A DNA stretch of 64,000 nucleotides, taken from Craspedostauros australis (Eukaryota). The notes under the pieces are model-generated. The model worked only from the letters and a program-made list of their open reading frames with translations, made no database searches and was not told the DNA's origin. Both the position numbers and the translations under genes were made by a program. The stretch lies in NCBI GenBank assembly GCA_030167865.1, contig JALAGF010001249.1, positions 1-64,000 on the forward strand. The letters run 5' to 3'. This document shows positions 32,779 to 46,919 of this stretch, in pieces (position 1 is the stretch's first letter; each line of letters begins with the position of its first letter).

Positions 32779-35700
32779 TCACGACCAATACAGATGCGTC
32801 AACTTGAAATTTGCACATCCTGTCAGCCGGATCTTGACCTGGACATCGCGTTCCTCATCTGCGCCACCTGTGTGCGATGGATCATCCAAGATCTTCATCA
32901 GTTCCACAACGCGCTGCATCTCAAACCGACGGGCCATGTACTCCTCGTCATTCAAAGAGATGATGTCACCGCCATCAATGCTGTAGTCGAAGGTGTAATC
33001 CACACAGCCTTGTCGCGCCAATTTGCGATCGGATGAGACAGAGGTCGTGGTGTTATTCGCACCTGCTGGGTGAGCAATCTCCCTTACTTGAGGATTCTGC
33101 ATTTCAGCTGTTTCGTCCGCATCTCCAGCTGATGCAACCGCATGCACTGGGCTTTGGGCACTCAACTGCCGTCTTCGATTGCTGCTGTCGGGTTTGTTGT
33201 TCACCGTGGTCCACTTGATCGTTTTCGGATTCGATCCTGGTTTGTACCAGGTCTCCAGCTTGACGATGATCAACCCGTGTTTCACCTTTGGCACGTTGAA
33301 CACCATCCAACCGCTCTTGCCGTCAAATGCCAATCCATTCCGTCGGTCATTGTGACGGCTCAGCAAGCATTCCTGACCATCCGATTTGTCGCACCATGAA
33401 TACATCGTCCCATCGCAGTATCCGGCAATGGAATGCAAGTAGGTCCCCTTCCCGATATCCGTCGCAGCAGGAAGGTTCGAAACTTCATTCATGGACGTGT
33501 CCATGTGGATTGGATCCCTGTTGGGACGGAACGAAGGACCACCCTCAATGATCGTGAGCACGTCGATATCGTCCTTGGGAGGATGCAATCTGGGCTGAAA
33601 CACATCTGGCGGCATGTAGAAGCTCGGTGGTGGTGGGTTGATGTATTGCAATTCTTCTGGTGGCATGATGGAACGCAAACTCGTGTACTCCGGGTTGGCC
33701 CTCGGCGTGAACTCCGTCCTGCCCTGTTGGTTCCACGCGGGTTTCGTCATAGGAGAAGGTCGGCATGATGCAGCCGTTTGGGTTGAATGTCAGAATACGT
33801 TGTGCATGGTCAACGTGGATGTTGTGAGTACAATTATCATTGCGGAATATGATGTGCGTTCGTGCAAAGAGTATTGGTGTTGCAAAATCAAAAGTCAGAA
33901 GTGCTAACGGAGCCAAGGAAGATTGCGAAGATGCATCATTCATCACAGCAAGGACGGATGGATGCCTCTTGAGACAATGCGATGCATGTCATTTCATTTC
34001 AGTATGCGCATGAAGCACGGCATTGCGTTCACACGTTCACACTGACCTTCATTGGAAGATAGCACAGTTTCTCGAAGCCCGGCGATCTGTCTCCCAAATT
34101 GTAGCACGGGCTGTCTTCGGGCTTGATATCCAATACCTTCTTCCGCGTGGTCTCGTACAGCTTCGTCACGTGCCACTCCTCGTCGGGGATTGCGTAATCA
34201 TCTGCTGCACTCCATGTGTCGATCACCTCTTCGAGGGCTTTGAGCAACGTGAAGGCCAGGACCCTGCCGCGGATTTGATGCACCTTGTTTCCTGGGTGCC
34301 AGCTCGTCCGACCTTCGTCATGTTGATGCAGATCAGTATGGAGCACGGGCGGATGCATGAATACATGTGTTGTGAATGCGCACTGTGAGGAACATACATA
34401 TTGATGGTGGGCACCACAGACCAAGCGAAGCATTGTGGCAGATACTGCGAGCTCAATGTGTCGGCACGAATGCCTCACTTAGTGTCCATCCACTTTTTCG
34501 TATCGCAACACAGCACATCACATCACAGCATATCACAGCACAATACCAATTAACATGACGTGAAACAGCCGCACACAGCATCACGACTCCCCCAAAAGGA
34601 AACATCATGAACAGCTCATCGTTTTACATGATCCAAAATGCAATCCTCACCTTGCGGAACCCGCTTTTGTTTGTGTGGCGGTTCAAGATCTTTGCGATCC
34701 ATCCAGCATTTTCCATTGTACTCTCGTCTCTTGCAAAAGTCCTCTCGGATCGATCTAGCGCAATCTAACGCTTGCACTGCGTACGGTTGCGCGTCCAGTT
34801 CCTCCGAAGTCGTCGCCTCCGGCACGCCGCTACCAGCACTGCCATTCATTCCAATGTGAACGCCAGCGAGACCATGCAGCTTGACCAAGACATCCCTTGG
34901 GAATGACCACAGCACAGGTACCTTTGGCCCACCAATTAGCGATTGTCTTGCCATCAGGTCCGGATCTCGCGGTCCTGCACAGAATGATGGGAGCAGTAAT
35001 GGGCAACGAAGATATTTGAAAATACAGAAGCGTGTTGGAAGAGGCATCAACCAATATCATCCGAAACGTTGTTCATATCCATTACTATCGCTGCGGTCTC
35101 ATCTCACATACCTTTTTCCGTCATGCCGCTGTCCCACATCACGATCGCGTTGTCGCCGTAGATATCGCCAGCGGCGATTGCATTGTGACCTGTTCCCAGA
35201 CCTCCATTGCCAAAGTTCCTGGATGTGTGCCGCACGCCAAGTCTGGCAAATACTGGCTCCATGATCTTCGCAACTTGTAACGTGTAGGATTGTTGGAAGT
35301 GATTCCTGCAAAGCAAGTGTGAATGGGGGTAGGTACGTACCATAGGTAGAGCAGATGAAAGGACATTGCATTCCGAAGCAGATGTGCAAATACAGCGGTA
35401 TGGGTGTTAGAATTGAACCACATCGTCCCCGAACGATAGCACACAAACATCACTGCGCATTACTGGACATTACTGGACATTCCTGGGCATGCGAGAATAC
35501 AGTAGCATTCGCATTCACGGCAACTCACCCGTGTCCCGCAGCGGCCGAATGGCCGCCCATGGCAAAATTGAAAGAATCCTCCGTGATGATTGCATGGAGA
35601 AGGCGGCGCTTCAATCCTTCCCAGCTCTTGGGCGTTGTCCAACCTCCATGGCCCACGTTCGAATCCTTCCCAGCATTAGCGAGATCGTCATCTTCGAAGA

Positions 35701-36706
35701 ATTTCACTGCAAACATGTCCGATCGCGCTGCACGATCATCGCCCGACGCATTCTCATCCTTGCCATGCCCGTACTCTGCAAGTATCGCTTCCATGGCTCG
35801 GACGACGAGCTGTTTGGCCTCCCGCAGAAATCGCTCCATGTACTCCTTGTCCTTTTGCCACGCTTCAATTGGAAATTCTTTCCACGGCACATCACGATTC
35901 GGATACGCCTTGTAGAAATCAGCTTTGGGTCGCTCTGGCTCATCATCCCACGACCAGGATCCCCATCTTGCCTTGATCTCTTCCCGCTCGGCATCGTTGT
36001 AGTAGGGCGCACCTCGTTTCTCGTACGTGAAGAAGCGCACGTCACCTTTTTCACTGTACGTCGTGAGATATTCATACGGGCTTGCCTCAAAGTGCTGTGC
36101 GTGCAGATCCGCCGGATGCTGATCAGCAGCGGCACCAGGCGTAGCAGGAGCGTTGGCAGCAGCCGATGTTGTGGCAGCAGTTGTCGCCACTCTATCGGAT
36201 AGAGATGACTGTGCCTGCGCCTGCGCTGCTTCATCGTCCTTCTTCCTCTGATTGTATTCACTCTTCCTTTGGGCCAAGTCAGCCTTTGACTTTTCGAAGT
36301 CCGATTGGACCTGATCGCTGAGGCTGCCAGAGTCGACCTTGACACCATCTTCGTGAGGTTTGTGAATGACGTCCCCATCGGCAAAGTTGGTTTGCTCGAT
36401 CTCCATGACCCCAGTGAACATGAGCACGATGAAACCCACCAACATGACCGTCGCAGCCTTCCACACCAGCACGTTGTCGCGTGATGCCGATGGTTCTGAA
36501 TCTATCGCGATGTTGTTGTCATGGCCATCATCATAGCTATTATTGTTAATGTTGCTGTTGTTGCTGTCGATGTCGAAAGGCCTTATTCTGTTTGCGCTCG
36601 TTGATGGGGGATATCTGCTGCTGCCACGGCCATTGGCGCTCCGCCGATGATCTCGCATGCTTTGGTGATGCCGTGGGACGTCATTCGATGCCGAGAGCCT
36701 GTTCAT
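32779..36706 (-). CDS. Type II membrane protein with SGNH-hydrolase-like motifs (~968 aa; exons 36706-35529, 35305-35112, 34974-34651, 34312-34047, 33723-32779)
   Basis: Four GT-AG introns give a continuous frame (2907 nt). One TM near residue 80-100; FAMGGHSAAAGHG|NHFQQSY, RNFGNGGLG, VMWDSGMTE, SWHPG. The acceptor at 34313 is AAG and less certain. Confidence 0.75.
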
Positions 36707-37593
36707 CTTGCAGCGCTGGGCACTGCTTCACCCTGACTACGTCTACGAATGGATCGTCTGGATTGGAAGAATGCCTCCCTTGTATGTAGACTTTGCCTCA
36801 TTCAAGTATCAGCGTGGGCAATGACCGTGCGAATTCGAGACGTTGCGTCTTGTTGGTTTGGATAAAAGCGCAAGTGGCTCGATTATTGTGAGTGTGTTCT
36901 GACTCTGACATACGCCATCTGACATGAGAGAGTGGGTAGGTCGTTGGACATTCGTGTCGCATGAGCACCAGTCACACCGCATCTTCCTTTGTTGGCAGTA
37001 GGCGCCTCTTCTTGAGAGGGAGTCGTGTGGGCAACGCTGATTTCCCACACTGCCTCCATTGTGCACATCTTGTGCCGTGTTTTGACACGATGGGTCTTTT
37101 CCTTTGTGTGTTGTTTCCCACAAACACGACATGAGGCACTAACCATGCACTTTTTCGCTCCAGTCGTGTTTCTTAGAGTTGATCATCGTAGTCGAAAGTG
37201 TCCGTTTTAGACTGGATGGAACTCTACGATGATAAATCCAGTGAAGTGTACCCGGTTGTCTTTGCAGAACCCGAGCACAAGCGCGCCGCATGTAGTTTCT
37301 ACGACGGCCTGGTAGGGATCCCATGGTTGCGTCGCGATTTGTTTTTTGTCGACTCTGGTTTTCGGATCAAACTTGACCAGCCGACATCGCAATCGGAAAA
37401 AAAAAACAAGAACAACGCGGCAATTCACGCGATAAAATTACGAAGAAGAGGGCGATGCACAAAAACAACGCGAAACAACGCGAAACAACACGCAGAAGAA
37501 AAAAAGGCACCGCACAACAACACGCGTTTGCACACAAAAATCGAGCACGACAACAACAACCAAACCCAAAAGCACCACCATCAAGAACCCAAA

Positions 37594-39129
37594 ATGGCGA
37601 CCATCGCAATGATTCTGGAGGCCCTCGAGGCCCTGAAGGACCGCACAGGATCCTCCGTCCCCGCCATCAACAAGTGGATCGAAGCCGAGAAGAAAGTGAG
37701 TTCATTTGATCGAGTTACGCCCGATTTTCGTTCGCTGGTCGGTTGCAGAAAACACGCATGCGACTTCGGATGGTCGAAAATTGTGAGGTCCACTTGGTGA
37801 CCATGGAGCGGGTGCACGGCTTCACAACTTTGCAGGCATGCTGCAATGATCATTCTCTGCACGCAGGAAAAGTTTGAGCTCGATCGGAGGTCGGCAAGTG
37901 TCGATTTGGGCCATCTCAATTTGAGGATGCCTCTACGAGGGGTCCGGTACAAAATTGTAGGAGGGAGCAAAACCTCCTTCAGATGACATGTGTGGAGTCA
38001 TGCGAATTGCCTGAGGATGTATCCAACTGCCGTTCATCACTCACGACATCCTCCTCATTCATCGTACATCCATGCTGCCGGATTCCGCAGACGACCATCA
38101 AGAAGCACGTCATGAGGGCGGCCTTGAAGCGGGGCGTTGAGAACGCCACGTTGGTCCAGGTCAAGGCTTCGTACAAGATTTCTGCGGAACACAAGAAGAA
38201 GATGAAGGAGGCAGCCAAGCCAAAGAAGAAGAAGGTCGTCAAGAAGGCACCACCCAAGAAGAAGACTCCAGCCAAGAAGAAGGTGAGATCGTTGCATTGG
38301 CGGATTGCATGAACAGCCGCATCATCCATGGTTGCGCACGATCATCGTCAGCTGCGTCATCGTCACGTCCGGCGCGCCCTTTCATGACCAAATCTCACAC
38401 CACAATTTTTTGCCTCCCCACCAATGTGCTTGTACGTCTGCGTCAATGACTGTGCGCGCAGACAACAACTGCTGCCAAAAAGAAGGTAAGAGAAAACAGC
38501 CTGGGTGAAATCAGAAACGCAACAGAGTACAATGTATCGCATTGCAGCGTTGCGTGGCGCAGTATAGCTGTATGCAAGAGCCCCATGGTGAAACGGCAAC
38601 ATCCAACAGCGGGCGCGGCAGCTCAAAACTCGTGCGCGGCCAGGGATCGGGTCGTACTTTCCGTTTGGATGCGAAGGATGATTTCGCGATTGGCTGGGTG
38701 ATTGCAGCATCATGTCGTGTCATGTCATTGCAGCACAACTGATGGCTTTCATTCATTCGATTCATTTTACCGCAATGGTGCCTCACACTCACTCGCTGCC
38801 TATGCCCATTCGTCATTCCTGTCCTGGACTCCAATAATTTTTGCCAACCACAGACAACCACCGCCTCGTCCACCAAGAAGGCTGCCTCCACCACGGCCGC
38901 AAAGAAGAAGACGACGACAAAGAAGGCCACAGCAAAGAAGCCAACCGCCGCCAAGGCCACGAGCAAGGCGACAAAGAAGGCCGCGAGCAAGACCACGACG
39001 AAGAAGGCGTCTGCCACTACTACCAAGAAGAAGGTGACCAAGGCCAAGCCAACTGCCACCAAGAAGAAGACGACGACGAAGAAGACAACAGCCGCCGCCA
39101 AGAAGAAGGTAGCCACCAAGGCACAGTAA
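37594..39129 (+). CDS. Linker histone H1 (~197 aa; exons 37594-37695, 38091-38282, 38462-38485, 38854-39129)
   Basis: Winged-helix motifs MILEALEALKDRTGSSVPAINKWI..AALKRGVENATLVQVKASYKI, then a K/A/T-rich tail. Three phase-0 GT-AG introns. Confidence 0.92.
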
Positions 39130-40488
39130 GCATGTCGAGCGTCGATCCCTGTCGCATTCCTGCTTGGGAGAGACGCGCGGCGGCAACGACCGCACTACCT
39201 ACATTCAGTGTGAAGAGAGAGGCTGGGTGGTTTACCAGTTGGCACGCGGACTGACAGACGGGTCAGCTAAAACACACGAGTGCGAACGAGGATGCAGATG
39301 CAGATCCAGGCATGTACAAAGACCTTGACAATTACGCACAAATCGGCAGCCAACACGTGCATGAATACATACATACAATAGTATATTGTGGATGTTTTGA
39401 CAGAACTAGACACGAGATATTGACACCACTGTCGACCATAGCCTTTGCAAAGCAGAGTATTCTGTTCGTGTCTATCGTAAATGGTTGAGTGTTGTGCGTT
39501 GCGTGATAACGGTTGACGCCGGTTGCGGATGGGGATGTCACCTCGCACAGAGACGTTGATTCTGTTTCTTCGTTTTCCACCATCGGGAAATTCTTTCATC
39601 GAACCCGCGTCAGCCTGTTCTCGTCCGTTTCAAAGCCAAAATGTGAGATCAGTTTTAAAACCCTTCCACTGCCTCGTTTCCAGATATGATTGCACCATCG
39701 TGATCGCATTCATTCAGAGATGATGAATATGGTCTCATATCGTCGCATCGACGGCTCCTTTGCCGCTCCCGATACCTTGCGAACGCCATTGTCGCCACGC
39801 GATACTGCGCGTTGTTGTGATTTTTGGGTTGTGTTGTCGATCATGGAAAAAAGGTATCAAGGACTTTGGAAGCTCCTTTTCGATTCTTCGATTCCCGAGC
39901 CATCAGCTGAGTCCTGAATTGGTACGTGCGTACTCGTACTGTGGTGATGTGAAAACCTGGATTCCATTCCCCGTTCCACGTGAAGCGATGATTGCCGCAG
40001 AAGCGAGCATCGGGATGGAATCCTGATGAAAGCGTTCTCTGTTGACACCGTGCAGGTTGGTTTGTCTGTGCGATGTTGCGTGTTCGCCTCCATCAATTTC
40101 ACGCAGCTGCCGCAACCACTGACTGACGCAGGCCTTTGCGGACATCATCACAGCCACAGACGGAGAAGAAGCGCCGCGGGCAACGAAAGGGCCGAATCAA
40201 CACATCAACATGGACGGAAGCAAGAGCCGAGAGAAAGTAAAGGGTGTTCGGCAGTTGGCTGCTGTGTGAACGCGAAGCTGGGATACGTCAATCAGCCAAC
40301 CAACCAGCAAAGCAGTCAGTCAGTCAGTCACTCGGCCAACCAGCCGCTCAGCTCTCTGAACAGCAGCCATCAACAACGAACACATCACATCCAGCAGAGA
40401 AGAAGGAAAGACTTCCTTGCCATCAACTCGCTGCCTCAATCACATTCACATTAACAACAACTGCACAAGCAACAGATAGACAGACACC

Positions 40489-41651
40489 ATGATGTTCTCA
40501 AGAACCACCGTCCTGGCCATTGTTGCCGTTTGCGGAGTCGCCGTTGAAGGCTTCACACCAGCTGCCCCATCCTCTGCCAGAGTACGTACGGTAGCATGCA
40601 CAGGCCTCCACTTCCTTCGTTGCATCAACCATGGCGGCGTGTAGAGCGCGTCTCAGGGGGTGATGCCGCTGTCATGGGCCGGTGCTCGCATTGCGCATCA
40701 AGCGGAGCTGCGTTGCGGTGGATCGATGGGATGGGAACAGCTGATGCAATTTCAGTTTTGTTTCGTGTCTGTGAACAGCTGTTCGTTGTCGGCAGGGCAG
40801 TTGTTTGTCGTCGGGAACTCTCGAAGCTGATGGGCATGATGGGAAGAGCGTCGCCCGATGCAGTTCAAGCGTGGACATGGGGACGATACAAGCTCTGCCT
40901 GTTACGATGGTCGAGACTGCTTCACAGCTCTTGATGGTGTCACGTGACTCTCTCTACTGCGCAAACATCATGTTCTCACCTCTCTTCTTGCACTGCCACC
41001 CGCTGCCTCAATCGCTCACCTTCTGTTTGATGCACGCATCGATGTGATGTGATGTATTGCGATGTGATGTTACCCAATGGCGTGTTTCGTTGAATGCAGG
41101 TCTCTGAAATTGTGAAGGACAGCGAGCGATTCAACCCTGTGCCGCAGACCGTCCTCTCCGTCGCCACCGACATCCTGGACGACATCGAGGGCGCCTCCGA
41201 AGAGGAAGAGGATGACTACATGTTCAACGAGGGCGAGCTCGAGGAGGAGGACGACGAGACCACCGGAATCGAGGATGACGGCGAGCCACCGGCCTGGTTC
41301 ACATCCCAGCAGCGCATGGATGAACTCAGATCCACATGGCGACGATCGGAGAAGGACACTGGAAGCCCCGAGTTCCAGGTCGCCGGCATGACAGAGCGCA
41401 TCAGCTACCTCACCAAGCACCTCCAGCAGAATCCAAAGGACTACTCCACCCGCAGAGGCCTCGTGGCCCTCGTCAACAAGAGACGCCGACTGTTGAATTA
41501 CCTCATCCGGGAAGACGAGCAGAAATACGCAGACATCATCAGCTCGTTGGGCATCCGCCACAAGGCGCCAGGCCGAGTCGAATCGCGTGAAGACAAGTAC
41601 GGACGCTTCAACAAGCAGAAGTCCGTCAAGAAGCATCTCCAGAAGAAATAG
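40489..41651 (+). CDS. rps15: Nucleus-encoded plastid ribosomal protein uS15 (~214 aa; exons 40489-40581, 41100-41651)
   Basis: Bacterial-type S15 domain DTGSPEFQVA..ERISYLTKHL..KDYSTRRGLVALVNKRRRLLNYL..LGIR. Exon 1 encodes a signal peptide with VEG|FTP cleavage motif. Phase-0 intron GTACGT..CAG. Confidence 0.9.
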
Positions 41652-42282
41652 ACTATTCAATCAACGCCTACACAACCAAACAGCTCTCCTGCGCGTAAGA
41701 GTTGTACCGCGAGCAACACGACAGCAACAACAACGTCACACTGATACTAATACCATAGGTCCCATTCCACCAGTTCTAACGTGAAGAGTAGCCACTAATC
41801 AAGGTTGGATTGCACGTTACCATGGCTCGGCGAATCGAGATACGAGAATGATGTGAAGATGTGATGGATGCGATGATGTCATGATGGATCGGGTGATGCG
41901 AAAGTACTGATGGTACAGTGCACACACGGTCTGTGTTGTTGTACTTGTGTTTGTGCGGAGTCGGCCACGATCAGCAACAAACACGCCCATCAAAAACACG
42001 TCAGTCACTTCCACCGAACAGAACAGAAAGTCGGTGCTGTGTGCATCACATGCGTCTCCTCATGAATTCAACTTGGTTTGCTTCTCTCTCGGACGAACGA
42101 ACATGTATCGTGCTGGAGCGTTGAGGATCCACCTCATGCACACATTCAGGGATGCATGCCTTCGTGAACGACGCTGAATCTGGTACACTTGACAGAGCAC
42201 GTCGCTGATCAATAGGTGATGCACGAAGCCAAACGACTTCGAGGAAAAGATACATTGTGAGATCAGCAAGCACATCCACAAC

Positions 42283-42882
42283 ATGCATCTATCGGGACGG
42301 CAATCGTCAGCTCGCGGTGGGGGACAGGCTCTCTCCAGCGATGCACACCACCATCAAGCACGATATCCAAGCAAGGACGACCGATTGTCGCAACAGCACA
42401 CCCCACAAGAGACGGAATGGGATACAGCGACGGTGGAATCTTTGCGATCAAGTGGAAATGATCACACCCCAGCCTACAGACGACTTCTTGGTTCCGTGCT
42501 ATCCGCGCTGATCATCACATCGACCATGCCGCTGCAATCCCATGCACTGATCAGCGAACAGCCTTCCCTGATGATCAGCATGGACGATGCAACCACGCTC
42601 GGCAACCCCGCCGACGCCGCACGACGTCTCCTCGTCGACCCATCGCCCGTGCGACCCAACGCCATCGCGCTGCAGCAACTGCGACAGCAGCAGGACATGC
42701 AGGACTTTCGGCTGCAGCTGTGCCAGACGCAGGGGCAGGACTGGGATCAGTGCTTCTTCTATGGTCCGCAGAATATGAAGCGGCAGAGTGCCGTGCTTCC
42801 ACCGTCGGCCAGTTTGGAGCAGATGCCGGCACGCAACGCCTTCGTGCCGTCGTCGGGCGGTAACCGGATACCGACGTGGTGA
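42283..42882 (+). CDS. Hypothetical protein, possibly thylakoid-lumenal (5' end uncertain)
   Basis: Coding-like 3' half (LCQTQGQDWDQCFFYG..RIPTW). Internal RR-hydrophobic-SHA segment resembles a Tat lumen signal. No signal-peptide exon found. Confidence 0.55.
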   Translation: MHLSGRQSSARGGGQALSSDAHHHQARYPSKDDRLSQQHTPQETEWDTATVESLRSSGNDHTPAYRRLLGSVLSALIITSTMPLQSHALISEQPSLMISMDDATTLGNPADAARRLLVDPSPVRPNAIALQQLRQQQDMQDFRLQLCQTQGQDWDQCFFYGPQNMKRQSAVLPPSASLEQMPARNAFVPSSGGNRIPTW

Positions 42883-43517
42883 ATGTCATTGCGTTGGGAG
42901 TTGAGTGGAGTGGAGTGGAGTTGGGTGAAGTGGAGTGAAGCAGGCGAGTGGAGAGATGGATTTGAACTACGAGTGCAACAATGTGGGAGACTACTCTACT
43001 CTATAGTACTCTACCTGTGCTCTATCATGGATACGGGCGCACGCCCCTTGGATCAAGCAACTACATGAAGGGAGACAGAGTAGCAACATTGATCGTACCC
43101 GCAGAGTGGCAGAGTGATTGTTACTGGTGATAGTCACTGCTACTTTCGGTGGTCTAGTCTACATCTATAGCCATTCTCCAAAAAGAATCTATATAAGTAC
43201 CCGTCACCAAGTATCTTTCGCGACGAGCACAAGGAAGCCAACCGAAGTCGTGAGAAGAACGAGCAACAACAAAGCAAATCGCGGATTCGGCAAGAAACAC
43301 CATGGCGATAGCAGATCTTCGTACTGTCTCCGCTCTCGTTCACACAGACAAACAGCCACACTCACACACCAACAAAGAGCAAAGGAAGCAAGTCTCCTGG
43401 TTTTTCGCAAACAACCAAGCAAGAAGAGAAGCAAACAAGCAAGGCGACACATCTTGTAGATCACTCCATTCACCTCATCTCATCTCATCTCTGAACAGAA
43501 GAAAGAAAGAAAGCAAC

Positions 43518-44703
43518 ATGTCATACGATCGCGCGATCACAGTGTTCAGCCCAGACGGGCATCTGCTGCAAGTCGAATACTCCATGGAGGCAGTCCGCAG
43601 AGGCTCCACCGTGGTGGGCATTCAGGGAGCGGACTGCGTCATCCTCGCAGTTGAGAAGAGAGCGATTGCCAAGTGAGTTGCTGCGTGTCGTGGTGTGCTG
43701 AAGTTGTCTTGTGTTGCGATGGTGTTGCGCTGGGGTCGTTGTGTTGGTGTGCCTTCTCCTTTCGTTTCATTCCATACCGTTCAGTTCAGTTCTGGGTGCT
43801 CCATCCAGGGGCAGGTCCCTCCTCTGCTATTGGCGCCATCGATGTCGGCAATGGCAATGGTGTTTGAATGGAATGCAGTGGAGTGGCGGAAGCAACTGCG
43901 AGGTTGCCAACAACGACAACAACAACACTACAATCACGCAATGATCCAACTGCATGCTCTGCAGCAGCCACTCAACAATAACAGCATCTAACCTCTCACC
44001 CATTCGAACACATACGCTCACATTCTTGCACCAACTTTGAACATGCGACAACAATCACGATGACAATCACGATGACAATCACGATGGCAATAACAGACTG
44101 CAGGACTCTCGAACCATCCGAAAGATCGTGTCCGTGGACAACCGCACCGTGCTGGCATTCGCTGGATTGACGGCCGATGCCCGCGTCCTCATCAACAAGC
44201 TCCGCATCGAGGCGCAGAGCTACCGCCTCACGATGGAGGATTCGCCATCCATCGACTACCTCGCCCGTTACTTGGCCAGAGTGCAGCAGGGATACACGCA
44301 GCGCGGAGGAGTGCGTCCGTTCGGTATCGCCACGCTCATGACGGGAGTCAACGACGACAAGGCCAGCGAAGGCCGTCCCTTCCTCTACCAGACCGATCCG
44401 GCCGGAACCCACAGCCGGTGGAAGGCGCAGGTCATCGGAGGCCGCAATTCCAAGTCGCTGCGCGAGTTCCTGGAAAAGCAGGTGGAGGAGAAGAAGGACA
44501 CAATGACGGAGGCGACGTGCGTGCGAATGGCCGTCCAGGCCTTGCTCGAGGTCGTCGACAGCGGCGCCAAGACCATGGAGATTTGCGTCGTCAGACGACA
44601 TGGCAACAAGGAGATGCTCAGCGAGGAAAAGATTGATGCCGTCGTCAAGGAGATCGAGGCGGAGCAGCAGACGGACGCGCCGGCGGCATCTGGAGACGAG
44701 TAG
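43518..44703 (+). CDS. PSMA7: 20S proteasome subunit alpha-4 (alpha type-7; ~253 aa; exons 43518-43672, 44097-44703)
   Basis: Motifs [62 protein letters not shown]. Intron GTGAGT..CAG is phase 2. Confidence 0.95.
44051..44091. repeat. 12-bp tandem repeat (ACAATCACGATG)3 next to the intron acceptor
   Basis: Directly visible. Confidence 0.9.
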
Positions 44704-45226
44704 AACATGGCATGCGTTGTCATGCGTTGTCATGGACTGCAATAGATACTCGGATGATACAATTTGATGTACAACATCGCCAACCACATCGAAACGAAAT
44801 GCAATGAAATGGAATTTGTTGAATATGACACACAATCCAACCGTCCCATTCCACAAGTATCGTACTCGTTCAGCGCTGTCTTGTTGCTGCCTGTTTCTGC
44901 AGTATTCAACTGCGGTGGTTTCATTCGAACATGGCCATTGCTGCGGAGTATTACATGAGCTAGACGATGTGTATCATGAAGATTAGGTGCTGACATTCGG
45001 CAATCTTCCGAGCATGTTTCTGCTTGCCAATGCATGACTGGAGAATGCCCATACGATACAGTGGCAAAGGCAAGCGTCTCTCTACAGATGTCAGCATGTT
45101 AGGTGCACTCCACCAAACTCATCCAACTCCATGAAGAACCAGCCCGCGCGCTAGTGATCTCGCATTGACTCTTATTGACTTACTTGCTCAACCGCCTCTT
45201 TTTTCCAATAATTGTGCTGGCTGCAT

Positions 45227-46919
<1,693 letters not shown>

